Part shown: one piece after another, positions 1 to 10,815 of the stretch
How positions within the stretch are numbered: the stretch's first letter is position 1
Layout: the number at the start of each line of letters is the position of its first letter
IMG/VR virus record: IMGVR_UViG_3300020442_002701
Location: 5,090 to 69,089 of that record
Length of the DNA: 64,000 bases
Reading direction: 5' to 3' (one strand)
Origin: a virus
Notes under the pieces: model-generated
Told to the model about the DNA's origin: nothing
What the model saw: the letters and a program-made list of their open reading frames with translations, nothing else
Databases searched by the model: none
Program-made: the position numbers and the translations under genes

Positions 1-3000
1 ATTACGATTCTAGCACCGTCTCTTAAATTATGTGGAGTTGTTGTTGTAATCCTTACAGGATTAGTTTGAGTAGCACCACTTATATTTTTCTGTGCTCCAC
101 CTGAACCTTGAACATTTGAATATGTCCCTGCAGATCTAGATCCGTCTGCTCCACTTATATTTGAAACTGACTCAACACCTGTAACATGTACATCACCTAT
201 TTCGCCAAAGATTTGGTCATTATCTGAGTCACTCATAGCTTCAACAGCATTAATTAGATAATCAAGTGTGCCTGTTGAACCACCATGTTCAATAGTAATA
301 TGCGAGTTAGGTAGAGGTGCTTGTGCTAGTTCTGTAACATATATTTCTGTATCATTTACTGCATTAGTAAAAGTGCTTGTAGTGACAGTTTTAGCAGGTT
401 GCATTGTTCTGTCGCGAAGTGTAACTTGATCAGGTATTTCGTTTGGATCTGCACCTTCAGCTACCAATCCAAAGTTACCATATCCGTTAGAACAATTTAA
501 TGCTCTAATCTCCGAACCATTAAATGCATAAAAAGCAGCATGGTTATAGTAAGTAAATGTAGATACTTGCTCAGATACCGCACCGTTATTACAAACTAAA
601 CCATAACCTAAATCGTTTATCTGTGTAAAGTTTTGTGCAAGTAAAGATCTATTTCCAGAAGTTTGTAGGAAAATATCTCTATAATATTTGCCATCACTAA
701 ACTGACTTTGGTCGTAACCCGTACCACCATTTGAATCAGCGTCTAAATAAATTTTACACCAACCATTACCGCTATCATAGTCTGAAATAGCATTTATTTG
801 ATATCTACGTCCCTCTACATAAAAAGGACATGGTAATAATGGAGGTCTTAAAAATAATCCTTCCCCTGGTAAACTTCGTATCCAAAGCGTAAAGTTATTA
901 ATCTTACCATTTTGTAATCCACCTAATGCTGCTCCTGGATCTATTTGTTCTGGTACATAAACAGGTAGGTTAGCAACGTATGCATCTAAGAACATACCTC
1001 CAGCAAAAGTTTTCTTGTTTTCACTTTTACTAAAACTTGAACATGCAAAAATATATGGTGACTTGGTTAAAATTTGTCCAGCTGGGTCAAGCACAGTCAT
1101 AAATCCGCCGTGTCCTTGACAACTTACATTTGAAATAATAGTTCCGTCATTCATCAAGAATACATCCATCTGATTATTTCTTTTCGCTGGATTGTAATCA
1201 TTATTGAAAGCGTATGTAACCCTACCAACTAAATTTGTAGCAATAGTACCTGTGCCTGATTCTGCAACCCCGCCTGTTAGCACTGGTGCTTGATATGTTG
1301 CTGAGCCAGTATTTTGTAATATACTACCTGAAGGATAACTGCCTGTAAATAATTGATTAAGGAACACGCCTATTTGTGTTAATGAATCTCTAGTAATAGC
1401 TTCTTGTCCTAAAAATCCACCATCTGCATATTTGGCAACATAATAGTAATAGTATTCGCCTGCTGATTCAGTAACGAATTCTGCGCCACCTCTTGTGAAA
1501 TCTTTTCTTAATGCGTCTACAATTAATCCAACATCTCTTCTACATTTTTCTACCCCATGTACATAATTAACAAAATTTGTGTTAACAAAACTGATAGTGC
1601 TATTTTGTATGCTTAGTACTTGACTTGCATCTAATATAGCTGTTCTTGCAGCAGTAAATTGTGATTCTGCGTAGGTAAAGTTTGGAAGTGTTTCTGCCGG
1701 CAGTCCAGAAGTGCTATTAGCAGTTACAACATCTTCAACCACTTGTAACAAGCCGCTGTATTCTGCTTGTTCTGCTGTTGAGGATGCTTCAAGTGTTATA
1801 TTTTGTGCAACATCTGATTGTAAGCTAGTAACAACATTATCTACTAAAACTTGTTCGCCTATAGTAGAAAGATAATTTAAAGCACCTGCTACTGCTGTCC
1901 TTTGAGCTGCATTTGTTGTCCAAAGTTCTGTTGCACCGTCATAGTAACTTTGTGCTATTCTTCTAACGGCACTATTACCGCCATATTGTAAATCATAACT
2001 TGCCGCATCAATAACTCTTCCAATTTCAAATTTTAATCTAGTAGCATCTAATGCCGCGCCTGAATGGTTTGTGTTTACCCATTCTGCAATTTCTGCTTGA
2101 AGAAATGTATTGTTTGCCTGTAATTGTTTTCTTGCTTTAGTTGCATCTGCATTGACGTCAGCACCTGTAGTTCCAACTGGATAATCGAATTCTAATGGGC
2201 CTGCGGCTGTACCTGTGTTAACAGAACCATTTGTAATAATATCTATTATTTCAGTAATTGAATCATCTATCCTAGCAATACCTTGTGGCGTTAATTCAAC
2301 AGCTGCAATATTTCTAACAAGATATCCTACATATCTAATAGCACTGATTGTTGCTTCTTTATTTGCGGCTACCGCTGTAGCTTGTGGTGTTTGTTGATAA
2401 TACAATCCTCTATTGACAGCATTATAGTTTGTATTCAATGCCATATCATTGGCAATGTCATTTAAAATTAATTCTACTCTTGTACGCCAAGTTGGTTCAT
2501 CGTAAGTAATGTTTGGTTTATTTGCATCTACCCATGCAATAACTTCTTCTTGGATAAATTTTTTGTTAAGCCTAATTATTTCTGCGGCTTTAGAGTAATT
2601 TCCTACATTAGTTATGCTTGGGCCTATAGATATAGGTCTGTCAGCATCTGTTAGATAATGATAACCAAAAAATCCTTGTTTTACGTTTGACTGATTGAAA
2701 AATGGTGTACCAGTATTTGCTGTACTTAATCCATCAAATTCAATGTCTCTGTATAGGTATGTGCTTGCCCAAGGTGATTGTGAAGCTCTATCTTTAGGCT
2801 TTATAATTACACGTCTATAATCGTCACCTCTGACTGTAACATTTTCAGGAACTTTAATCGGATAGTCTTCTTCATAAACTCCTGATTCAATATGTACAGT
2901 TATTTGTTTACTCTTACTTGTGTTTCCATATAGGATACTTTCACCAACTTCAAAATCTTTTGGAAAAAGTAATTGAACTTCTAATGTGTCGTTGTTTCCA

Positions 3001-5171
3001 TTAGTAGCATCGTTAGAAGTAAGACTAACAATTTTTGCAACTGCTCCTGAAAGTTTTCCTGTAATAATTTTTCCTGGCAGTAAATCGTTATTAGTTGGAA
3101 TACCTTGATCGACAAAATTTTGTGCTCCGTTATTTAAAACAACTTTGTAGTTACTACCAAACACTTCATCTGAGCCAGAATCAATACCGTTTGTAATAAT
3201 ATTTGTAATTAAATCAAATTTTGCACCTATAGCAACTCTTGCTGTGGCATCACCGTCGCCTCCTACGTTTACCCATCTAGGAACTTCAGTTTGATATATA
3301 GGACCGACTTTACCTGTTGTAAATGCTGAATAACCAGCGAGTGTACTGAAAGGTGTAGTTAATGCTTCATCTTGGAATAATTCAAAAGTTTGATCTGTTA
3401 ATTTTTTAATATAAGCTGTCTGACCATTTATCTGTGTCATACCGCCGGACACAACAAAAGTAACCTGATTTTTATCTACTAGGCCATGTGCTGTAGTTGT
3501 ACCTACAACAGCTGGAGATGCAATACTGATACTTGATACTGTCTTTTCCTGGTAAAGATCTTGTTGTAGTAGTGCAGTTATAAGATCCTTTTTAAATGTA
3601 ATAGAAGCAAGTGTTTGCGTCAATTGTGTAGTAATTGCCTTTCTTGCACTTGCAGTTGAATAGTATCTTTCCGCCGCGGCCCTTGTTAGAGTATTTGCAT
3701 TTAATCCTCTGTTGATATCTAAAGCAATACTATCAAGAATAAGTTTACTATCTAGTTCACAACGTTCTATATCATAAACATGATTAGGAAAAGTAAATTT
3801 AATATATCCTGTCAGTTCTTTAATTATGAAATCTCTGTTATTTTCTATGATCCTTCTTGTTTGCTCATACACAGGTGCAACGACATCAGCTATTGTTACT
3901 TCAGCATCTTTATCTCCGTTATCTCTTGTGATAATTTGTTTGTAAGGTGCTAAGTCAGCAGTAGCTGGCGCAGAGGCTCTAACTAGTTCTTGAGCTTTTT
4001 GCATTGCCGCTTTTATAGTTCTGTAGGCATATGTCCAACCTGTACCTTCTTTACCTTGTGGTACATTTTTCATTAGGTCATCACCAGAAGTAGCAACAAA
4101 TAAATTTGTTGAGCTAGAATAAGCTGTATTATCTACATAAAATTTTGTTGCGGCTTGCAAATCTTCTTGACCATTAGGTGCACCACCGCCTGCTAATTCT
4201 CCAGGATGATCATTTAAATAAAGTTCACCTGTCATTGTGTCGCCTTGTCTGCGAACAATGCTCTTACGTGGCATAGCAACGTTATTTAAAAAGTTACCTG
4301 CTAAGGTAGCGTCATATGTATTATCAACTAGGGTATGTGTATCTGCAGCATCAATCGTACCTGATACTGCCACCTTTGACGTATTAGCTATGTCTAAGTT
4401 TTGACTAGCGGCAGTAGTAGCATCAGTGTGCAACGTAAAATTATTTTCATCAACTCGTCTAATATAATAAACGGTGTTTGTTGTCAATCCTGATGGATCT
4501 GTATCTTCTGCATTAAATTTATAAGCAGTACCGTTTATGCTAGAATCAAATCCATGATTCAACACTTCTACATTATTGTTTAGATATCTATTAATAGTCA
4601 AAGTATATTGACTCACACTAGCTGGCTCATCATTAATTCTGACAGGAGAATTTCCAGTAGCATCATTTATTAGATATCTGCTATCTGCATAACCTTTATT
4701 AATTACAAGGTCATCGATTGTAATTGTATTATCACCATGGCTTGTTGCAAATTGTTGAGCCGCGGCGTCTGTGACTGACACATTAGCAATTGGTAGATTG
4801 TTTGCAAGCAAAGGACCACCTAGGGTAGGTGTCAAGTCATCTGACATTTCTGTAAATGCAGTTGAAATAATTAATTTACCAGCTACATTGTAACTGAATA
4901 CAATAGTATCTTGTGCGCCTCCACCTAGGGCAGAGTTAGACGCAAGTGTAGCTAATTGTATTGCAGTACCTGCATCATTAACTAATGGAACTGTATTGGG
5001 TGTAAGTTCGTTTGGAGTATCTGCCAATGCGGTAAAATTAATTGTGCCGCCTTGACCAAAGACCGCATATAGTTCGGAAAAGTTTTCGTTAGTTTTACGA
5101 AACGATTCTCTAATACTATCGCCGGTGCCGTCGTTACCCTCTACACCAATGTTTACTTCTTGTCTAGCCAT
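1..5171 (-). CDS. Large virion structural protein (baseplate/tail type), runs off the window edge
   Basis: ATG at 5171 after GGAG; N-terminus MARQEVNIGVEGNDGTGDSIRESFRKTNENFSELY resembles T4 gp9/gp10-type N-termini; absent from the ORF track, consistent with no stop inside the window; not every codon checked. Confidence 0.8.
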   Translation of the reverse strand, partial: MARQEVNIGVEGNDGTGDSIRESFRKTNENFSELYAVFGQGGTINFTALADTPNELTPNTVPLVNDAGTAIQLATLASNSALGGGAQDTIVFSYNVAGKLIISTAFTEMSDDLTPTLGGPLLANNLPIANVSVTDAAAQQFATSHGDNTITIDDLVINKGYADSRYLINDATGNSPVRINDEPASVSQYTLTINRYLNNNVEVLNHGFDSSINGTAYKFNAEDTDPSGLTTNTVYYIRRVDENNFTLHTDATTAASQNLDIANTSKVAVSGTIDAADTHTLVDNTYDATLAGNFLNNVAMPRKSIVRRQGDTMTGELYLNDHPGELAGGGAPNGQEDLQAATKFYVDNTAYSSSTNLFVATSGDDLMKNVPQGKEGTGWTYAYRTIKAAMQKAQELVRASAPATADLAPYKQIITRDNGDKDAEVTIADVVAPVYEQTRRIIENNRDFIIKELTGYIKFTFPNHVYDIERCELDSKLILDSIALDINRGLNANTLTRAAAERYYSTASARKAITTQLTQTLASITFKKDLITALLQQDLYQEKTVSSISIASPAVVGTTTAHGLVDKNQVTFVVSGGMTQINGQTAYIKKLTDQTFELFQDEALTTPFSTLAGYSAFTTGKVGPIYQTEVPRWVNVGGDGDATARVAIGAKFDLITNIITNGIDSGSDEVFGSNYKVVLNNGAQNFVDQGIPTNNDLLPGKIITGKLSGAVAKIVSLTSNDATNGNNDTLEVQLLFPKDFEVGESILYGNTSKSKQITVHIESGVYEEDYPIKVPENVTVRGDDYRRVIIKPKDRASQSPWASTYLYRDIEFDGLSTANTGTPFFNQSNVKQGFFGYHYLTDADRPISIGPSITNVGNYSKAAEIIRLNKKFIQEEVIAWVDANKPNITYDEPTWRTRVELILNDIANDMALNTNYNAVNRGLYYQQTPQATAVAANKEATISAIRYVGYLVRNIAAVELTPQGIARIDDSITEIIDIITNGSVNTGTAAGPLEFDYPVGTTGADVNADATKARKQLQANNTFLQAEIAEWVNTNHSGAALDATRLKFEIGRVIDAASYDLQYGGNSAVRRIAQSYYDGATELWTTNAAQRTAVAGALNYLSTIGEQVLVDNVVTSLQSDVAQNITLEASSTAEQAEYSGLLQVVEDVVTANSTSGLPAETLPNFTYAESQFTAARTAILDASQVLSIQNSTISFVNTNFVNYVHGVEKCRRDVGLIVDALRKDFTRGGAEFVTESAGEYYYYYVAKYADGGFLGQEAITRDSLTQIGVFLNQLFTGSYPSGSILQNTGSATYQAPVLTGGVAESGTGTIATNLVGRVTYAFNNDYNPAKRNNQMDVFLMNDGTIISNVSCQGHGGFMTVLDPAGQILTKSPYIFACSSFSKSENKKTFAGGMFLDAYVANLPVYVPEQIDPGAALGGLQNGKINNFTLWIRSLPGEGLFLRPPLLPCPFYVEGRRYQINAISDYDSGNGWCKIYLDADSNGGTGYDQSQFSDGKYYRDIFLQTSGNRSLLAQNFTQINDLGYGLVCNNGAVSEQVSTFTYYNHAAFYAFNGSEIRALNCSNGYGNFGLVAEGADPNEIPDQVTLRDRTMQPAKTVTTSTFTNAVNDTEIYVTELAQAPLPNSHITIEHGGSTGTLDYLINAVEAMSDSDNDQIFGEIGDVHVTGVESVSNISGADGSRSAGTYSNVQGSGGAQKNISGATQTNPVRITTTTPHNLRDGARIV

Positions 5172-5184
5172 TTATTGTACTCCG

Positions 5185-5547
5185 TTATATTGCTGTTTCT
5201 GCAAGTTTATCCATATCAAAATTAACACTTACACCACACCCACATGATGATTTTGCGTTGGGATTTCGTACTTCAAAATTAGAACCTATTATTGTTTTTA
5301 CGTAATCTATTTCTGTACCAAATAAGAACATCATACTTTCATTACCTATTACAAATTTTCCAGTACCTGCATCCATTGTAATATCTAGCGGTTTAATTTC
5401 ATCTGCTGATTTTATTGTACCCCAATCATATTCAAAACCAGCACAGCCACCGCCTTTTAGGTTTAAACTAACGCCATAGCAGTCGTTTTCTTCACATATT
5501 GTATTAATTTGTTTTTTTGCTGATTCTGTAAGTGTACAAACGTTCAT
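5185..5547 (-). CDS. iscA: HesB/IscA family Fe-S cluster assembly protein
   Basis: GGGCAGFEY and NPNAKSSCGCGVS motifs. Confidence 0.92.
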   Translation of the reverse strand: MNVCTLTESAKKQINTICEENDCYGVSLNLKGGGCAGFEYDWGTIKSADEIKPLDITMDAGTGKFVIGNESMMFLFGTEIDYVKTIIGSNFEVRNPNAKSSCGCGVSVNFDMDKLAETAI

Positions 5548-5608
5548 TTTGGTTCCTCGTTATATTGTATTTATAAGTTTATTCTATAATCTTTATGTAA
5601 ATATAATT

Positions 5609-5896
5609 ATGTATATTAGAGAATTTGAAGAAGAAACAAGGCATACTAGGCGTTCTAAATCTGGTAGAAAACATAGTTATAGGCGCAGTAAAACAATAGT
5701 AATACTGAGATGCGATAATTGTGATGTAGAATTTAGTCGTGAGAGAGGAACTATGGATCCAAAACGGTTATCTAATAACTATTTCCACGTCTGTCATAAA
5801 TGTGATGCTAAAACTTTTGCCCAAAAAAAGGGAGTAGAAAAGAAGCAGATGTGGAATTTATCTGCTTCTAGTGATATACCTATTGGTAAACTTTAG
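5609..5896 (+). CDS. Small basic zinc-finger protein
   Basis: CDNC...CHKC; likely ATG at 5609 downstream of TAAATA. Confidence 0.65.
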   Translation: MYIREFEEETRHTRRSKSGRKHSYRRSKTIVILRCDNCDVEFSRERGTMDPKRLSNNYFHVCHKCDAKTFAQKKGVEKKQMWNLSASSDIPIGKL

Positions 5897-6060
5897 TCTT
5901 CTTTTTTGTAAATTGTCCAGGCACCGTATGCTATTGCAATACCTGCGGCTATTTTAGCCAATGGAGATAAAAACAATACTAATAATCCCATAATAATTAG
6001 TACTGCACCGTCCCAGGAAGTTCGTTCTTTCTTCCTATCTTCTAACCATTTTTTAATCAT
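5893..6060 (-). CDS. Small membrane protein (55 aa)
   Basis: Read manually: MIKKWLEDRRKERTSWDGAVLIIMGLLVLFLSPLAKIAAGIAIAYGAWTIYKKED; overlaps the stop of the upstream gene. Confidence 0.7.
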   Translation of the reverse strand: MIKKWLEDRKKERTSWDGAVLIIMGLLVLFLSPLAKIAAGIAIAYGAWTIYKKED

Positions 6061-6343
6061 TACTCACCCTCCTTGTATTTAGATTTGTAATAGCAGAGTC
6101 AAATCTACTAATTTTACGTTCTATTACTGCAACTGATGTGCGTAATTTTCGTAATTGGTCATCTAAACTTTGTACATACTTATGAGTAGGAACTTGGTTT
6201 TCAAAACCGTCTTCACTCACCATAACTATATGATCAACACCCTGACCTTTGATTCCGCCTGTTACTCTATTAGGATTTTTACCCGATGGCTGTTTCGAGC
6301 TGTCTTTGCTCTGGTTGCCATACATCTTGCTCAAGTAATTCAT
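6053..6343 (-). CDS. Hypothetical protein with C-terminal coiled coil
   Basis: ORF with AAAGGA RBS and upstream CATAAATA. Confidence 0.7.
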   Translation of the reverse strand: MNYLSKMYGNQSKDSSKQPSGKNPNRVTGGIKGQGVDHIVMVSEDGFENQVPTHKYVQSLDDQLRKLRTSVAVIERKISRFDSAITNLNTRRVSND

Positions 6344-7367
6344 TTTGTTTTCCTTTGTAATATTTATGCAATTCGATACTGGCCAAATTTTTAAATTTGG
6401 ATTCTACCATAATGTCTGCATAGTCCAAAAAGGTTAATGCCCAGTCATTTACGGCACAATTCCACATCATATCACTATGGGCTCTCAGTTTTCCCTTCTT
6501 GTGCCCTTGCTCTTCCAGGGTGCGAAAGCATGGTCTAATTCCTTTACTATGTAGCGGGAGAATATCCTCTCTGCTAACACTATAATGAATAGCAGGACGC
6601 ACACCACGCCAGCTATCAATAACACGTTTGAATCTATCATCTGTTGGTTCAATGTACTCTCCTCTTGTATGGCACCAATGATGGTGAATATCTAACACCA
6701 GAGCGAGATCCTTTCCAAGCTCAAGACTGTGTTCGATTCCCCATTTGTTTTCGTCGTTTTCGATTGTAATACAATTTCTTGCTTCCGGTGTGAGGCTCTT
6801 AAGTGCGTCCTTGATACCGGCTGGACCTTTGCGTCCTGATATGTGGACATTGCACTTGAAGTCCTGAAACTTTTTACCGTAGCCCATCCACCTAATGACG
6901 TCCGTGTGATATTCAAATTCTTCTATGCTCCTCTTTACAATGTCAGGATTATCTGACGCAAGTACAGTAAACTGACCAGGATGCATAGACAACCTGACAT
7001 CAAGTTCACGAGCCTTTGCGCCGACGTCAGCAAAGTGCCTTTCACAATATTGTCGTACATCAGGCTTCCGCCAGAAATAAGACCAAGTAGGCTCAGTATA
7101 TACAGGTAAGACGTCACTTCCCAACCTAACCATTCGTAATTCATTGTCTAATCCTCCTACGTACTCAATTAAGTTGTAATAACTTTTAATGTTGTGGACC
7201 ATGATATCCCACAAGCGTTCTTCTGCAACATCTCTAGTTTGCCTGTTTAGCCAGGCAACTGTAGTGCTACGAGTATTTAGTGGTCGCTGAATTTCTTCCA
7301 GTAATTTCTTCTTGATCGTCTGATCATCGTGCATAAACTTGCATGCAAAGCCAATACGTTTTATCAT
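6279..7367 (-). CDS. uvsE: UV damage endonuclease UvsE/UvdE
   Basis: RIGFAC, RLSMHPGQF, IENDE, LDIHHH, RAHSD motifs. Confidence 0.93.
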   Translation of the reverse strand: MIKRIGFACKFMHDDQTIKKKLLEEIQRPLNTRSTTVAWLNRQTRDVAEERLWDIMVHNIKSYYNLIEYVGGLDNELRMVRLGSDVLPVYTEPTWSYFWRKPDVRQYCERHFADVGAKARELDVRLSMHPGQFTVLASDNPDIVKRSIEEFEYHTDVIRWMGYGKKFQDFKCNVHISGRKGPAGIKDALKSLTPEARNCITIENDENKWGIEHSLELGKDLALVLDIHHHWCHTRGEYIEPTDDRFKRVIDSWRGVRPAIHYSVSREDILPLHSKGIRPCFRTLEEQGHKKGKLRAHSDMMWNCAVNDWALTFLDYADIMVESKFKNLASIELHKYYKGKQNELLEQDVWQPEQRQLETAIG

Positions 7368-7373
7368 AGTAAT

Positions 7374-7402
7374 AATATAGCACCTTTTGTTATATAAGTC
7401 AA
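7374..7402 (-). promoter_or_regulatory. Sigma70-type promoter
   Basis: TTGACT-17-TATATT upstream of uvsE; one of about 12 similar TTGAC..TA(N3)T sites on the minus strand. Confidence 0.7.
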
Positions 7403-7914
7403 GTCAAACGTTCTCTCATTTTACGTCTACTCAAAACATTTTTATTGAAAGCATAATCACCTAATCCTTCATAGTATCCTTTCTTTTCAAGTATACGGCT
7501 ACCATTATCCAAATCTGTAATTCTTTGTATCATTACCATAGTGTATAAATCACCAAATTGATTTAACAACCACTTATCTTGTTTTTTATAATTTAACAGA
7601 CTATTAATAGCATCACATCCACCCACAAGTTGGAGACCATTAATTATGTGTATATTTGTCAATGCGGCTACAATCACAATATCCTTTTCATCATTGAATT
7701 TTTCTAATTCTTCTGTAACCATTCCCCAAAAATTATCTAATGTGTAGTCTCTTACTTTAACAACTTTTGCTTTGTCATTTAGCCACGCCGCTTTCGCATA
7801 AGGACAATATTGAAATGAGTTGCCATTTTTAAAAGGTTGTGGATTCTTCTTGTCAATTACATCAATCCATTCACTTAGGTATGATTCTAATCTATCTAAA
7901 GGATTCATTTCCAA
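7399..7914 (-). CDS. Hypothetical protein (CPYAK motif)
   Basis: ORF coupled to neighbours. Confidence 0.65.
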   Translation of the reverse strand: MEMNPLDRLESYLSEWIDVIDKKNPQPFKNGNSFQYCPYAKAAWLNDKAKVVKVRDYTLDNFWGMVTEELEKFNDEKDIVIVAALTNIHIINGLQLVGGCDAINSLLNYKKQDKWLLNQFGDLYTMVMIQRITDLDNGSRILEKKGYYEGLGDYAFNKNVLSRRKMRERLT

Positions 7915-8741
7915 TTATTTACCACCCATGGATCTTTACAGTTATGAGGATTGGGATCTCCGTGAAATACAGCAATTAAACAATCAGGCGGCGGTTCAAC
8001 ATGTTCAATATCTTTGAATACTCTGCTTCCTTTAGGTGCACCTGGAGCAAGTTCTTTTGATCTTCTGATTTCCCATTTCCAACTTCTTACCCAATTATCA
8101 GGAAAAAGTTTTGCAGGTAGTTGTGCTTTTATAGAAGCATCATAAAGCCAATCTTGATCTCCAAAAAATCTTGCTTGAACTCCTTTGTAATCTTTTGAAT
8201 AATCTTGCCATAACTTTGCAAGTTGTCCTTTTCTATATCTAATGACAGAACTATTATATTTTTTCCAATCAGGACGTAAATGGCGTGTAAAGTCTCGTAT
8301 AATACACCAATCATTAGGACTGTATATAAACATATTATCTATATTATTCGATATTACCACATCTAAATCTAGATATAAGATTGTTCCTTGTATAGGAAGT
8401 TGGTCGCTGAAAATATATGGCTTACACCACCAACCAGATAAAAACCTTGGCAATTCTATTATTTGAATATTTGGATTGATATCATTTGGGTTGTCAGTAA
8501 GGCAATGAAATTTAAAAGGTAAGTTACAATATCTACTTACCATATTGTAAAGTGTGTTTACATAATCTGCTGAATATTTTGTCCCGTGTTTTACACATAA
8601 AAAATTGACATCGTCTGACAATTTAGCAGGTTCAGATGTTATAATTGTACCAGATTTAGCAGCTCTTTTTTCTGCTTTTTGTTGAGCTTTGAGACGTCTG
8701 TATTCTTGTTTAGAATATTTTGACTTGTCTAGCTTTCCCAT
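7905..8741 (-). CDS. Glycosyltransferase, GT-A fold (GT8-like)
   Basis: LYLDLDVV (DxD), YNSSV, GDQDW, VFHGDPNP. Confidence 0.8.
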   Translation of the reverse strand: MGKLDKSKYSKQEYRRLKAQQKAEKRAAKSGTIITSEPAKLSDDVNFLCVKHGTKYSADYVNTLYNMVSRYCNLPFKFHCLTDNPNDINPNIQIIELPRFLSGWWCKPYIFSDQLPIQGTILYLDLDVVISNNIDNMFIYSPNDWCIIRDFTRHLRPDWKKYNSSVIRYRKGQLAKLWQDYSKDYKGVQARFFGDQDWLYDASIKAQLPAKLFPDNWVRSWKWEIRRSKELAPGAPKGSRVFKDIEHVEPPPDCLIAVFHGDPNPHNCKDPWVVNNWK

Positions 8742-8743
8742 TG

Positions 8744-9520
8744 CTAGTCACCCAAAACATCTTTTATCTTGACAATACTTTCTACAACATTATAAAAATC
8801 TTTTAGGTATAATGCATTTGGACCATCACTTGGGGCATTATCAGGGTCGGTATGTACTTCTAAGAAAAAGTTTCTAATACCTAAACCAGCACCTGCTCTA
8901 CATAATCCAGGCACATAATCACGATTACCACCACTGCTTGTACCAAGCCCGCCAGGCTTTTGAACAGCATGTGTAGCGTCTAGCACAATAGGAACATTAT
9001 AATTTTTTAACATGTAATCTAAACCGGTAAAGTCAACAACTAATGTGTTATAACCAAAACTGGTTCCTCTTTCGGTAATCCATACTTCTTTTGCACCTTC
9101 TGTCTTTGACAACAAATTCTCGACATCCCAAGGTGCTAGGAATTGACCTTTTTTAATGTTAACAATCTTTCCTGTTTTACATGCTTCTCTAACTATGTCT
9201 GTTTGCCTACATAAGAATGCAGGAATTTGTATTGCGTCTACAATGTTTTGTCTTTTCAGATGCTGTACTTCCATCACACTATGTACGTCAGTCAAGATTT
9301 TCAAATCATTTACTGTATCTTTAAGTTTACGAAAAGCAGTCATTGTTACGCCCATGCCTAAACCTCTTTTACCTGTGATATTTGATCTGTTGGCTTTGTC
9401 GTAACTTGCTTTGAAATAATAATCTATACCAAATATGTCGCAAACTCTTTTGCACTCCTGTGCAATCTCTAAACTTTGCGGGAAAGATTCATGTTGGCAA
9501 GGACCTGCAATAATTTTCAT
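8744..9520 (-). CDS. kdsA: KDO-8-phosphate synthase
   Basis: IAGPC, KASYDKANRS, QIPAFLCRQTD, NIKKGQFLAP, ERGTSFGY, DATHAVQ, SDGPN. Confidence 0.96.
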   Translation of the reverse strand: MKIIAGPCQHESFPQSLEIAQECKRVCDIFGIDYYFKASYDKANRSNITGKRGLGMGVTMTAFRKLKDTVNDLKILTDVHSVMEVQHLKRQNIVDAIQIPAFLCRQTDIVREACKTGKIVNIKKGQFLAPWDVENLLSKTEGAKEVWITERGTSFGYNTLVVDFTGLDYMLKNYNVPIVLDATHAVQKPGGLGTSSGGNRDYVPGLCRAGAGLGIRNFFLEVHTDPDNAPSDGPNALYLKDFYNVVESIVKIKDVLGD

Positions 9521-9784
9521 TTATCCATCGTCCTTTCTTGATCCCAAGTCAATCGCATCTTTTTTATATCCATCTTCTTCAAGTCTTCTTTTATTTTCTT
9601 CGTTAAACATTCCTGCGGCAATAAAAGACACAGCCGCAAGCATCGGTATTACATATACCATTTTGTCTGTCAAAAGTGCAGTTATGTAAGTTGGTATTAA
9701 AACTACAAGTGCTTTTATAAATCCTTCTTTAAGATTCTTGTTTTCTATAAATCGCACTATTGGCTCCATGTTCCATACATTCAA
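9521..9784 (-). CDS. Small membrane protein
   Basis: Two hydrophobic segments. Confidence 0.6.
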   Translation of the reverse strand: MNVWNMEPIVRFIENKNLKEGFIKALVVLIPTYITALLTDKMVYVIPMLAAVSFIAAGMFNEENKRRLEEDGYKKDAIDLGSRKDDG

Positions 9785-10184
9785 CTTCTACAACAAAACA
9801 TCTGTCGTTTGTTTTTTCTCTAATTAATTTGTCTGCAAAATTAAAAGCATGTTCTGCAAATTTTTCTGCACCTACTCCATCAAAGAAACGTATTTCACAA
9901 AGTCCTGCATCTTCTAAAACATGGAAATGATGTAGTTGAGGGTCGTTTTCATCTAAGCAAAGTTTATGATCAAAGTTATCTTCTAGCCAAGCCTTAAGTG
10001 GTTTCAATCCACCAAAGTCAACAGCCCAATTTTTATCATCTAGTTTATTACATCCAAATGTAAATTTAAATCCTAGTGAATAACCATGTAGCAAACTACA
10101 ATGAGAGTGATCTGCATTCGGTTGCCTAAACACCGCACTCAGTCCAATGTTATGTCCGTAAGTTTTTGTACTAAAATAACTCAT
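9729..10184 (-). CDS. queD: 6-carboxy-5,6,7,8-tetrahydropterin synthase
   Basis: HCSLLHGYS, VDFGGLK, FDH motifs. Confidence 0.9.
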   Translation of the reverse strand: MSYFSTKTYGHNIGLSAVFRQPNADHSHCSLLHGYSLGFKFTFGCNKLDDKNWAVDFGGLKPLKAWLEDNFDHKLCLDENDPQLHHFHVLEDAGLCEIRFFDGVGAEKFAEHAFNFADKLIREKTNDRCFVVEVECMEHGANSAIYRKQES

Positions 10185-10209
10185 ATGTTCTCCATAGTAT
10201 TATGATATA

Positions 10210-10815
10210 TTACTTATTATATAATAAATTATCTAAGTTGTCAAGTGAAACATTTTGTTTTTTCCAAGTTTCTGGCAATTCCCAGTCTTTATTTTGGTAA
10301 ATTACAAAATTTAATTTAGGAAACCATTCAAATACTTTTGATATTTGATGTATCCAATATCTAGGGTCAACTGCATTCTTATCTTTTGCATCATAGCTTT
10401 TTGTATCTTTGTAAATATTATTAACAGTTTTAGTTTTACTGTATAGATCAAAACCAATTAAATTAATAACATTATAATCATAATCTGTTTTACTTCTTTC
10501 TTCTGTAATCTTTGCTGATAATAAGACTGCATATGGACCACTACCCCAATGAAAGGGTTCATCCCATCTTTGTGTGCCTTGGTGTATTAAATCTGGCACA
10601 TGCAATACACCTAAAGTTTTGTATGTGTCTAACCAATCTTTGCGAGTATAAATTTTTGTGTTATAACCGATTGCTTCCTCAACCATTCTACGATCAACAC
10701 AAACTAAATGATCAACTTGGTAGTCTCGAATAATTGCATTGCAACCTACTTTTGTGCCTTGAAGATTATTTACGTTTAGTTTTTGTCGACTTTCTCCGTT
10801 GCCTAACACCCACAT
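10210..10815 (-). CDS. Putative sugar-nucleotide transferase-like protein (Maf/sialyltransferase-like)
   Basis: VLGNGES, GCNA, LVCVD, SG..A, LIGFD motif series. Confidence 0.55.
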   Translation of the reverse strand: MWVLGNGESRQKLNVNNLQGTKVGCNAIIRDYQVDHLVCVDRRMVEEAIGYNTKIYTRKDWLDTYKTLGVLHVPDLIHQGTQRWDEPFHWGSGPYAVLLSAKITEERSKTDYDYNVINLIGFDLYSKTKTVNNIYKDTKSYDAKDKNAVDPRYWIHQISKVFEWFPKLNFVIYQNKDWELPETWKKQNVSLDNLDNLLYNK

